From contig CAYHAA010000005.1 in assembly GCA_964354495.1 (NCBI GenBank), positions 1 through 32,000 of the forward strand: a DNA stretch of 32,000 nt, given 5' to 3'. A program made the translations under genes and the position numbers. The DNA comes from an uncultured archaeon. GTDB lineage: Archaea > Asgardarchaeota > Thorarchaeia > Thorarchaeales > Thorarchaeaceae. The notes beneath the pieces are model-generated. The model saw only the letters and a program-made list of their open reading frames with translations. It was not told where the DNA came from and ran no database searches. Positions 8,601 to 15,816 of the stretch are shown in pieces (within the stretch, counting starts at the first letter, position 1; every line of letters begins with the position of its first letter).

Positions 8601-9378
8601 TCTGTTGAGTCTGTTGGCTCTGTGCAAGCTGCTGGAAATTCGTATCCATAGCTATCGCATTGAACATGTAGAAACCAGGTAATGTACTCGAGTTGAACAG
8701 TAGTCTGAATCGTCCCCAATAGGCCTCTGCACCAGCTGTGTATCTTGAACCAATATCATCAATTTCAACAAATGGCTCCACCATCGGTCCAAATATATCG
8801 GAGAGAGTGAAGTTTTCAGGTAGGCTTGAAGGCGGCGCCTCCGGCACGTCTATCACCTTGCTGGAGTAGGTTTCCCACTTGTTCTCGGAAACGTAGTAGA
8901 GAGCCATCACGCCATAAGCAGCCTTATCCGCGCTGGACATCTTGCCATCTACCATCCTTGACAGATTGTAGTATGAACCCATGATGGCCACAGCAAATGG
9001 AATCTGCCCGCTCAGTGCAGTATACGGTATCTCAACGATGAAGTCGACCCATGAACCGAGTGGAATCTCCTGATCCCAAGCGATGATCGCACTGTTTGTG
9101 GCATTGCGTGTGTGCCAGTTGACAGTGGGGCCGAATCTATATCCTGTTGAATTCCATTCTTCTTCTCGTTGTTCATTTATGACCTGTTGATCCCAGCTCA
9201 CCTGTGTGAAGTTAAATGGATAATCAGCAAGCGTGCTCTCCGGTCTGGTAGCCTGCGAATTGGAGAAAAGAGAATTCTCTTCTGAGTTCTGTGCAGGAAC
9301 CGTGGGAGCACCAATGAAGAGTGATGCTGCAAACAGGCATAGAGCAACAAGGGAGATTACTTTCGTGGCAAATTTCAT
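2695..9378 (-). CDS. Giant secreted, C-terminally membrane-anchored cell-surface (S-layer-like) glycoprotein, ~2227 aa
   Basis: ATG 9378 follows GAGGT and begins a signal peptide (MKFATKVISLVALCLFAASLFIGAPTVPAQ). Many N-x-S/T sequons, three C-terminal Ig-like repeats, a poly-Thr linker, one TM helix (MFVIIAAIGGLLVVVIILVAL) and a basic tail (RKRS). Confidence 0.85.
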   Translation of the reverse strand: MKFATKVISLVALCLFAASLFIGAPTVPAQNSEENSLFSNSQATRPESTLADYPFNFTQVSWDQQVINEQREEEWNSTGYRFGPTVNWHTRNATNSAIIAWDQEIPLGSWVDFIVEIPYTALSGQIPFAVAIMGSYYNLSRMVDGKMSSADKAAYGVMALYYVSENKWETYSSKVIDVPEAPPSSLPENFTLSDIFGPMVEPFVEIDDIGSRYTAGAEAYWGRFRLLFNSSTLPGFYMFNAIAMDTNFQQLAQSQQTQQSGCLLGLNLNEIVNSAFGGYYVVSRLGDDGEILYTANRGVDFNITMTVSNATLMDNATIHMSAPSNIKIQRWVYGPYKETHVRNGAWEWSQAAGTYIWNASVEVTWSEPKEGYHWEETYTWLNMGKEYFFYYPFGEGSGIRQTWPEYAISYDFESSNWMYHALYHYDNYTWIGDSWEYTSWQEYESWSPAFPTPFILNETTSGVYINTTSGELVVTFRGHINEEMLPSGSENGQTLHFSERLYTLDGQQLVNFVNLPIASPQQALDYEDLRELAVDSPVSVVRLTHEGKPYNPSWIFQADIGDTFTVTSRLQGGIDYADDIDGIVFIMHGHQERWGREVDLEWSQYSDVQIQVKVSPIGTIEVNVYNYTVRTSWGLGEHYEWINKEIAPGIWQPEKILITDYFWQERIWDFVANDWTDQHYPMQSLRAKMPVSCLIAGNVSYSIIGNDLKVSFDITPEPSMPALEWWWEYFYGNLTWVTDYESGWGSHTVLGWTEDTAYHYWNGTQIVYVEQPFKARVFHNTQTDEVYERRSVPFVMIAGTPVWLKSYVFGDKDYTYETLIREEYDYVLEDYRHFIRLVNGTELEVFGDQTVPLYNVTLANGTWFFSFQSDPYYIGAMDMYSMIADDGSFIVMIWPEWSGYTSVRVGVVPVAKVDYTCMTYAAPLYPYEPFNTKPLYMIGWPEYVGYDHWIIRLNGTLEPLDVWRCTEPGFENLYMYFNPHDGRHYLFEWPRELMRCGGAYSDVFIPYYLTRLFAYVTVGGTNYPIPKAGEPMSGWYDLDWIIRNRYSQEIAYINGSAYVAKKILDMFAPDPLNVGYDYAYQVYQVNVSSTLYNLTDWGKAPYHFMNYDIYSDQMPWVTRANGSLFISEVLHNDWTVAVGHRNPATLEFEVTDWLNLVTGDYSGDYYSSQIHSYNSTGSYAYVMTELGEEFYSNSTWRAVFHNITLSNGTFFYSRMDHPQMWPTDLSNYEIDTYYMIDIYGAYQWWHGWDELSSQVIMIENVTGTMDNGSFWFQAMSVPVIRYNVTDWRWDGSIWYEEVHEENSVWGEYYFFLQAMNGTKYEIIPLSYTPESYRYNFPSWNFTYGEAVYNITGRSDMIYKAYRFEGYSQKLDYAPLPASIIREQDRIVTGAPKSGLWGIDLWTVEPDTGALDLDGDLDTKDDQYFVREFHSSTDWYNITHEYLDVTILWDPDNSTWADEFLMHSFTGIVTFNWTCSWEDSYIWTKASSGQTLTPAELDVVKETLLDEWGNSRPGYWGIAWLAQNFTSDDLVQKATKEGWEWAVDNSREWSWLWWELDEHYSTDVSNGTYSELMDINLAYQYAGMFAWQDENDDNFMNVSAESLSDSEMTHYWMPVDVESVSFVTPGEAFGNYNPTDSIYLGVNETVDFGVTFENVTGIVYPFGAFSYWDWYVGQYYGSDFASFSERPTKCAVDEFSLAVHFTGIVNETGSNIAEVKFDISVGQWGLDTPGGTDVLEGMSLAVSFFSDLSIVTCGGGGCALATYIGDYGQILDNEVASASSNFTMTSGISSVAMMSLGGAPYSWSKNASQTCIVDAQSVPLSALSAIYVSGSGGTATSFSVTSEQFYTLIGFKWWDGWAVTVDPVFVGYISHGTTDTDAPAIGTVTHVPLKVTGVDNAHIEAIVTDSGGSELAGVKVHDIDNNENYSMTHNEGLGRWVVNIPRTQDGRYTFNYQIIASDNAGNVGVSAPRAFPFRDNIAPTIATLTWENSTDGLGNEVAVISTQVADTGGSGIDQVILTYSNASGYFNVTMTLDAGYYEGVIPNHAPSTTVSFWVTVTDIDDNFFEGAVNLFTFSSGGLPDTYGPSMSLIAHDPASPSPTDTVTVSATVVDPSGIDYVTLQYRIGTGAWANVTMAADGTTWSGAIPAQADGASITYRLVAMDSLGNEAISGEFSYTVVEPIVTTTTTTTTTTTGTGTGTILGDSMFVIIAAIGGLLVVVIILVALRKRS
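2788..2842 (-). repeat. Low-complexity ACN codon run encoding the poly-Thr/GT linker
   Basis: Encodes VTTTTTTTTTTTGTGTGT immediately before the TM anchor. Confidence 0.9.
2846..3768 (-). repeat. Three tandem ~100-aa Ig-like beta-sandwich repeats inside the giant protein
   Basis: Units begin DTDAPAIG, DNIAPTIA and DTYGPSMS. Each has a D(S/T/P)-G-S-G/E-type motif, N(Y/V)(S/T)M, (W/Y)xxxIP and a D-x-x-(G/D)N motif near its end. Confidence 0.75.
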
Positions 9379-9537
9379 CTTGTAGACCTCTGGTTTCAGT
9401 TCTCGAGAAAGCCGCGGTTCTGCCAAAACAGCACGGGGACGTGCATCGAGTAAGCAACATTTCGACAATGTGTTAGACATTGGTTGAAACAGTTGCGTAT
9501 CAAATAGCGGCGCTTCCCATAACTATCCGGATGTCTG

Positions 9538-9545
9538 AATATAAG
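9538..9545 (-). promoter_or_regulatory. Putative TATA box for the giant surface-protein gene
   Basis: CTTATATT on the minus strand is the best TATA-like element between the upstream terminator and ATG 9378. Confidence 0.35.
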
Positions 9546-9591
9546 GCTACGTTGATTGAATTAGGACAAGAAAGAGAAGAAACATTCGATT

Positions 9592-9632
9592 TAAAGAAAT
9601 GAAGACGACGAACGGGAGCATAACCGCTCGTC
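9592..9632 (-). terminator. Hairpin plus pyrimidine-tract terminator after the SpoIIM-fusion gene
   Basis: Minus-strand 9-bp stem GACGAGCGG/CCGTTCGTC (9607-9632, one G-U pair) followed by GTCTTCATTTCTTT. Confidence 0.55.
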
Positions 9633-9652
9633 GACTGATTCTCCGAGGGAAT

Positions 9653-12445
9653 CTAGAACATATGCATAATGATTGGAGTCACATATGCTTCAATGACTGC
9701 TGCGAGAATCAAGAAGAATGCGACAATGGCGAATGCCCGCCAGGTACGCGTATCGCCAAGAAGTGACCTAGTCTGAGCCGGCAGGAGGTTCCAATCCTTT
9801 GACTGTACTGTCTTACTGAGACCTCTGGCAACGCGTATTGAGAGGGCAGCAGCCAGCAGGAATATGGGAATCTCGATGATTGCGTGAGGTATGGTACTTT
9901 TCAGGAATTCCCAGATGGTGCCATCGATGATTGTCAGTTCGATAACTGAGAGACCACCTACAATCAAGGCTGTGGATAATACCTCTGCAATTGCCACGCC
10001 CATGAAACTGAACCGAATATAGGTGATCGGAAAGCGTTCCGTGCGGACATCCTCGGCCCTTCGATATAGCAGTCTATATGCTCCAGCTATGAGGGCAGGA
10101 AGTACAATGATGGCAATCAGTGTGAATTGATCATCATATACGAAGTACTCGATTGCAAAGACGAAGATGAAGAGAGGGAACCACCATGCACCAACTCCCT
10201 TGCCTTGGATGTAGCGGACTCCCATAACGACCAGTATAATCAATACTGGAACTCCAAAGACAAGTAGTGATCTTAGACCCAACTGCGCTGTGAATCCCCA
10301 AACCGGATGGGTGGGATTGAAGACACCATTCTTGGCATCAAATTGTGTAAGAAGAATGGAGATAGCTGCAAGGAGTACGAGTCCTACAATACTTGCTAGA
10401 CCAAGGTCTTCCTCACCCTTCGTCTTCTTTGCACCGACGAACCAGAGCACTGCCGACCAGAAGACAGGTCCAATGATGAGCATAAGGAGGGTTCGAACAA
10501 TATTGTGCTCAGCGATTATTACGAACCATCTGCCGGGGTCCAACAGCGATAGAGGTGCGACAGGAGGAGGCAGCACGCCTTCAAGCCCGTCAGGATTACC
10601 TATCTTTGCAAACAGCACTTCCAGAATGTACTTGACAAAGCCCGGATTCTGCAGTATCAAGGCGAATATGTACACCCCAATGATGGAAATCACCAATCCG
10701 CTTACGAACATGAGTGCTGAGTCAACAACGTCACGTTTCTGAACATTGAGGAGCGAGCTTGCTGCTTCTCCTGTCGTTTCCTTCCACTTCGTCCGATACT
10801 CGAAGAAGTAGAGTATGAACAGCGCCGTGAAGATGTACATGGGGAGACTTATGACGAACTGAGAAGCATACCTCCAAAGCCACTCTTCCGGACCGGGAAC
10901 GTATGGAATAGGCCTGAGTCTGTAGAACGCCTCTCCTACATAAGTCGCAGGAGTAACTGATACTCCGATTATGTAGTCCATCTGCGGCAAAGCAAAGTAC
11001 GTTGCTATTGAAACCAAAGCCCCCGAAAGAAGGGCAAACGATTCGGAACCACCCTTTGCCTTTCCCCTCATGAAGTACCCAAGCACGCCAATTAGCAGCA
11101 TCGCAGCAAAGGGGATAGCCAACATGAGAATGGTCCAAGTTGAAGGAGCTAGAAGGGAAATGTTGTTCCTTGGAACCGAGGCTCCCGGATAGAAACTTGT
11201 GGGGGTAGTCACTTGCTCGAGAATGTATGATACAACACCATCAACACTTCCAGGTAGAAAGCGGAATCGATTATCAGTGAACAGCCCATACGCAAAGAAG
11301 CTCTGCGTCGCGTAATTGAGTGTTGATGCAAAGACTGCGCCGATGAATGCTCCGATGACCACTAGCCCAGTTACCAAGGCAGCTATACAGTTATTCATGA
11401 TAGCCTTCTTATCGCTCTGACGAATCTTGGAACCTGCGTCCTTTATACCATCGAATACACGCTTGTAGAAGATGGCGGAGAAGTCCTCTGCATAGGGCAG
11501 TACAATGACAGCGAAAAGTATCGGGGGCGCGGCAAGCATGAGTCCGTAGGTGTAGTAGCCTAGCAAGATCTCTGTAGCATTCTCCAAATCACGACTCAGA
11601 AGGTCAATTGCTTGACCTGCAAAGATGTAGAGTGTCAGGAGAATATTGAGCCTGAAGAACCAGCCTAGGACTCCGTGCATCATCTCAGCGCCAAGGTCAC
11701 GTTGACCCAAATGGAGACCTGCCGCCTTTGCGATTCTATTCGAAGCTGGATATCCGAATCGATAGATCCATGTCAGGAATATCAGAACGCCTATCAGGTA
11801 GTTGGAAGAGGCCACATAATGTGCCGGATCGGTCACAGCAACAATATAACTATCGAGGCCGCCTGCATACACACTTATTGAAGGTACAAGCGTCGCAAGT
11901 CCAATGATGACATAGTCCTTCGATGCCTGTCGCCACGTCTTTGCCTGCACTTCTGGGTTGAGAGGATTGGCTTCAAGACCTTCGAAGGTTATGTTGTTCA
12001 ATCGGTCGCGAAGTCCAGAGTAACCATCGCTCTCCGGTTCTCTTTTCACGACTCTCTTTATGAAATTCCTAAAGACCATCTTTAGAGGATCCTGGAGAGT
12101 GAGCTTAGTTGCCAGGACAAGCATACCAAACAGGACAGCGATGAAGGACACCATTATCCAGGTCAGGTATTCCTGCAGGGACACAAAGAACTGCGATAGC
12201 ATATCAATCAGCAGCAGCCACGAAAGTGTGGATGTGTCCACGACAGAGTCGAACCCCGCTGAGACTGAAACATCCTGTCTTGCTATTGTAAGAAGGAACC
12301 ATGTGACTGTTTTGGCGTACATCAGAATGATGAACGATTCAATGAGCCTGCTCTTTCTCTTCCCAAAGAAGAGAAGGTAAACGAATGTGACAATCAGTGG
12401 GGGCAGGAACTCAAACACAATCGTAAGTATTGTCAAGTCCGGCAT
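9653..12445 (-). CDS. Large polytopic membrane protein with a C-terminal SpoIIM (stage II sporulation protein M) domain, ~930 aa
   Basis: Roughly 20 hydrophobic segments by eye. C-terminal IPHAIIEIPIFLLAAALS and LILAAVIEAYVTP match the SpoIIM PHGxxE(L/I)P and AAxxExxxTP signatures. Start placed at ATG 12445 (MPDLTIL). Confidence 0.8.
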   Translation of the reverse strand: MPDLTILTIVFEFLPPLIVTFVYLLFFGKRKSRLIESFIILMYAKTVTWFLLTIARQDVSVSAGFDSVVDTSTLSWLLLIDMLSQFFVSLQEYLTWIMVSFIAVLFGMLVLATKLTLQDPLKMVFRNFIKRVVKREPESDGYSGLRDRLNNITFEGLEANPLNPEVQAKTWRQASKDYVIIGLATLVPSISVYAGGLDSYIVAVTDPAHYVASSNYLIGVLIFLTWIYRFGYPASNRIAKAAGLHLGQRDLGAEMMHGVLGWFFRLNILLTLYIFAGQAIDLLSRDLENATEILLGYYTYGLMLAAPPILFAVIVLPYAEDFSAIFYKRVFDGIKDAGSKIRQSDKKAIMNNCIAALVTGLVVIGAFIGAVFASTLNYATQSFFAYGLFTDNRFRFLPGSVDGVVSYILEQVTTPTSFYPGASVPRNNISLLAPSTWTILMLAIPFAAMLLIGVLGYFMRGKAKGGSESFALLSGALVSIATYFALPQMDYIIGVSVTPATYVGEAFYRLRPIPYVPGPEEWLWRYASQFVISLPMYIFTALFILYFFEYRTKWKETTGEAASSLLNVQKRDVVDSALMFVSGLVISIIGVYIFALILQNPGFVKYILEVLFAKIGNPDGLEGVLPPPVAPLSLLDPGRWFVIIAEHNIVRTLLMLIIGPVFWSAVLWFVGAKKTKGEEDLGLASIVGLVLLAAISILLTQFDAKNGVFNPTHPVWGFTAQLGLRSLLVFGVPVLIILVVMGVRYIQGKGVGAWWFPLFIFVFAIEYFVYDDQFTLIAIIVLPALIAGAYRLLYRRAEDVRTERFPITYIRFSFMGVAIAEVLSTALIVGGLSVIELTIIDGTIWEFLKSTIPHAIIEIPIFLLAAALSIRVARGLSKTVQSKDWNLLPAQTRSLLGDTRTWRAFAIVAFFLILAAVIEAYVTPIIMHMF

Positions 12446-12645
12446 AGATGAATACACTCCGGTGTCCTATGAAGAGAAACATTTCAACTTCAATCAAAAA
12501 AAGGTTCGTTGCACGGACTCGCGTGCTGTTTCCATATAATTCACAGTAGTTCTTTGTCGTACCGAGAGTCTAAAGATGAGTCAATTAGCTATTGTGAACC
12601 AAATCAACCCGCGGGAAAGAATCGCCGTGAATCAAGGTGCATAAA

Positions 12646-13197
12646 ATGGAGATTTCAAAAGAACTAGCAGACGCAATTAGCGACCAACTCAATTACGAAC
12701 TCTATAGTGCCTACATCTATCTGTCAATGGCAGCCTGGCTTGAGGAACACAAATTGCCAGGAATGGGTCATTGGATTGAAGTGCAGATTGACGAAGAATA
12801 CAATCATGCAATGAGATTCTACAGACACATCGTTGAACGAGGTGGCCGCGTAACCATGAAGGCGATAAACGGTCCACAGACAGAGTGGAAGTCACCTCTT
12901 GATGTCTTCGAAACAGCTTACAAACATGAACAGGTCGTAACAGTGAGAATCTACACGATTGGCGACATAGCCGATAGATTAAGGGACAGATCAGCACAGA
13001 CAATGCTTACCTGGTTCTACAATGAGCAGACTGAGGAAGAGAAAAACACAATGGAAATCCGCGACCAGCTCGTGATGATTGGTGACAATATCCAAGGGCT
13101 CCTGATGCTCGATGCAAAGTTGGGAGCAAGAGCTCCAGCGGCGCCTGTGCCCCTTACCTCAATTGCACCTTCACCAGCACCTGCAGGTGCCCTATAG
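12646..13197 (+). CDS. ftnA: Non-heme ferritin with an Ala/Pro-rich C-terminal extension
   Basis: Ferroxidase-centre motifs QLNYELYSAYIY, EEYNHA, HEQVVT and EQTEEE. ATG 12646 follows AAGGTG. Confidence 0.95.
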   Translation: MEISKELADAISDQLNYELYSAYIYLSMAAWLEEHKLPGMGHWIEVQIDEEYNHAMRFYRHIVERGGRVTMKAINGPQTEWKSPLDVFETAYKHEQVVTVRIYTIGDIADRLRDRSAQTMLTWFYNEQTEEEKNTMEIRDQLVMIGDNIQGLLMLDAKLGARAPAAPVPLTSIAPSPAPAGAL

Positions 13198-13218
13198 GTT
13201 TCGTTTTTATCACAAGAA

Positions 13219-13257
13219 GCTGGAGGTGGGGCATTGCCTCCGGCGATTTTTTTTGTT
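13219..13257 (+). terminator. Hairpin plus T8 terminator after ferritin
   Basis: 9-bp stem GCTGGAGGT/GCCTCCGGC (two G-U pairs) followed by GATTTTTTTTGTT. Confidence 0.7.
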
Positions 13258-13258
13258 C

Positions 13259-13266
13259 TTTATATA
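13259..13266 (+). promoter_or_regulatory. Putative TATA box for the peptidase-PPAT unit
   Basis: TTTATATA about 60 nt upstream of the 13324 start. Confidence 0.45.
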
Positions 13267-13323
13267 GTATTGACCAAGACGCATACTACTTATGTTAGAG
13301 TCTCACACATTCTTCCGGTGTGA

Positions 13324-15324
13324 GTGAGAACTATGCTGCCAGAAGAGATTGTCAAGGCGATTGTTGATACGGTGTCAGGAATTCGAGCAAAGGAATACGT
13401 ATCGTCAATAGCCTTGTTCCATAGAATTCAAGCAAGCCCAGGCCTGCATGATGCCATACTGTATCTGAAGAATGAAATCGAAAAAATGACGAATGTCGGA
13501 GTCAAGCTCTATGAGTATCCTGCAGATGGAAAGTCGCTTATCGGAACATGGGAGGCTGTTCTTGGTTGGGAACCAAGATATGGAAGACTTAGCCTCATCG
13601 AGCCAGAGGAAAAAACGCTGGCAGACTTTGCTGCTGAGCCAATCTCATTGATTGCACACTCAACATCTGCAGATATTGAGGCAGAGGTCTGCTACATTGG
13701 GAAAGGACTGAAGCCAGAGGACTACAAGGGCAAGAGTGTGAAGGGCAAGATAGTTCTCACAGAGGGCATGGCAACGCAGGTCCACAGAGTGGCATGCATT
13801 AAGTATGGTGCGGCAGGTTTGCTCACATTTGTGCCGCCATCATCGAAGGATGAGATTGCTAGTCTTAGACGCTACGATGCAATCTGGCCAACTGGAAACG
13901 AGAGCAGCAAGACACGGTTCGGGTTCTCGCTTACACAAGCAGATGGTTTGAAACTGAAATCTTGGATTGAAGAAGGCAAGACTGTGAAAGTCAAGGCAAA
14001 AGTCAATGCAAGTCTGACGGAGGGGAAGACTGAGGTTCTCTCAGCACTGATTCCCGGACAGGACAGTTCAAAGGAGGTCTGGCTTGCAGCACATGTTTGC
14101 CATCCCAAACCCGGCGCCAACGATAACGCCTCTGGCAGTGGCGCATTGATGGAAGCCCTCAGAGTCATCTCTCAACTGGTCAATGAGGGCAAGATTCCAA
14201 AGCCTGCTTACTCTATCAGATTCCTCTGGGTACCAGAGTGGTCAGGGACAATCTATTTCATCGACAGAGAGAAGGAAATCCTGAAACGTTGCATAGGGAT
14301 GATTAACCTGGATATGGTCGGTGCAGATCCGGCCAAATCTGGTTCAACTCTGTGTCTCTTCAGGACACCTTTTTCACTGCCAACCACTCTGAATAATGTG
14401 GTCTTGCACTGGCTCAAGAAAGAAGCGGCAAGAAAAGATGATAGAACACAGGGCGGCACCATGACGCCCCTACCGTACAAGTATGAAATCTATGAAGCCG
14501 GAAGCGACCACTTCATGCTCACCGATAGTACGGTTGGTATTCCAGCGGTGATGCTGAACCAAGATCCAGACAGGTTCTATCACACATCAACTGACACTAT
14601 CGACAAGATTGACACAAGACAGATGGCCTACGTGACAAGAATCGCTGTACTGTCGGCACTATCCATGGTGCTACCAAAGCACGTCTACGAGGAGGCCATC
14701 CTGACAGAGTGCCGTAACGAATTCGTTGAACTCATGGACAAGGTCCTGATCAACGGAGTGATAGAGCTCTCTCGTTGCCTTGGAAATCCTGAGAAACTCT
14801 ATCCACGGGTTCTCAAATGGCTTGAAATGGTTCACAATTTGGGACAAGCAACACTGGACAAGGCAGCCAGTGAGTGGTCACTGATCAGCGAACAAGAATC
14901 AATCAGACAGGCACTGAAGACGAGTCTACAGATGACCTATACTACTGAAATGGTCATAGCTAGAAAAGCGTACGAAGGAGCATGTGCAGAGGTCGGCCTT
15001 AAAGCGATGCAGGAGGACCAGATTGTTCTTGACACCGATAGTTTCGGTGTGGAAGTCAAACGCATCTACCCCTATGCATTAAGCCCCTCATTTCTATTGC
15101 TCAGACTTGGTGAGAAGGCTGCAAGGTACGCTGAGATGCGACACAAGGATGAACACTCATGGGAAAGATTCGATGAAATGCTTAACATGGCTAAGGGCTG
15201 GACACAGTTGGAAGACATCTGGGACATGCTGTGCCTCCAGTTTGGTAAACTCGATTCCGGCGAGCTCCTCAGTATTGTCAAGGACTTCACTGAGGCAGGC
15301 ATCATCGAGTCGAGGAGAGTGTAA
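13324..15324 (+). CDS. M28-family zinc peptidase-like protein (DUF4910 type) with a PA domain and C-terminal winged helix
   Basis: AHVCHPKPGANDNASG, WVPEWSGT, NLDMVG, GSDH and YHTSTD; PA insert VKGKIVL; C-terminal MLNMAKGWTQLEDIWDML...FTEAGII. Start is GTG 13324 or ATG 13333. Confidence 0.85.
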   Translation: MRTMLPEEIVKAIVDTVSGIRAKEYVSSIALFHRIQASPGLHDAILYLKNEIEKMTNVGVKLYEYPADGKSLIGTWEAVLGWEPRYGRLSLIEPEEKTLADFAAEPISLIAHSTSADIEAEVCYIGKGLKPEDYKGKSVKGKIVLTEGMATQVHRVACIKYGAAGLLTFVPPSSKDEIASLRRYDAIWPTGNESSKTRFGFSLTQADGLKLKSWIEEGKTVKVKAKVNASLTEGKTEVLSALIPGQDSSKEVWLAAHVCHPKPGANDNASGSGALMEALRVISQLVNEGKIPKPAYSIRFLWVPEWSGTIYFIDREKEILKRCIGMINLDMVGADPAKSGSTLCLFRTPFSLPTTLNNVVLHWLKKEAARKDDRTQGGTMTPLPYKYEIYEAGSDHFMLTDSTVGIPAVMLNQDPDRFYHTSTDTIDKIDTRQMAYVTRIAVLSALSMVLPKHVYEEAILTECRNEFVELMDKVLINGVIELSRCLGNPEKLYPRVLKWLEMVHNLGQATLDKAASEWSLISEQESIRQALKTSLQMTYTTEMVIARKAYEGACAEVGLKAMQEDQIVLDTDSFGVEVKRIYPYALSPSFLLLRLGEKAARYAEMRHKDEHSWERFDEMLNMAKGWTQLEDIWDMLCLQFGKLDSGELLSIVKDFTEAGIIESRRV

Positions 15325-15345
15325 GCTCTGCGAGGCGGCCATTGG

Positions 15346-15816
15346 CTGTACAACAAGGTCGTCTTTGCAGGAACCTTTGACAGGTTGCATGAGGGACACA
15401 AGCATATTATGCGCACAGCATTCAAGCTAGGTCGCCATGTGGCAATTGGCTTGACTACAGACAAGATGCTGAGCCTGAAGGCCGATAAAGACTGCATTCA
15501 GTCCTATGCGGAACGATACAGAAAGTTGGAAGAGTTTCTCAAAGCCGAGTGTGATATCCGCAGAGCATCTGTTTTTCCGATTGAGACAAAGGAAGGTGGA
15601 GGCGACACCCTGGAAGAGCTCGATGCACTGATAGTGTCCGATGAGATTGGTGTCGTCAAGAATGCCTTTGACATCAACCAGCTAAGGATAGATAATGGAC
15701 TGCGCAGATTTCACATTATAATCATCCCCATGGTACGTTCCAAGGACGGACGCCCCCTTTCATCTACGAGGATGCGGGCTGGTGAAGTCTTCGACCTCGA
15801 GAGCCTCATCTACTGA
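15346..15816 (+). CDS. coaD: Archaeal-type phosphopantetheine adenylyltransferase (cytidylyltransferase fold); start codon non-canonical or uncertain
   Basis: YNKVVFAGTFDRLHEGH (HxGH motif), IGLTTD, LIVSDE and PLSSTRMR. The ORF-track start at 15385 falls inside the GTFDxLHxGH motif; the nearest in-frame upstream candidate is CTG 15346. Confidence 0.85.
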   Translation: MYNKVVFAGTFDRLHEGHKHIMRTAFKLGRHVAIGLTTDKMLSLKADKDCIQSYAERYRKLEEFLKAECDIRRASVFPIETKEGGGDTLEELDALIVSDEIGVVKNAFDINQLRIDNGLRRFHIIIIPMVRSKDGRPLSSTRMRAGEVFDLESLIY

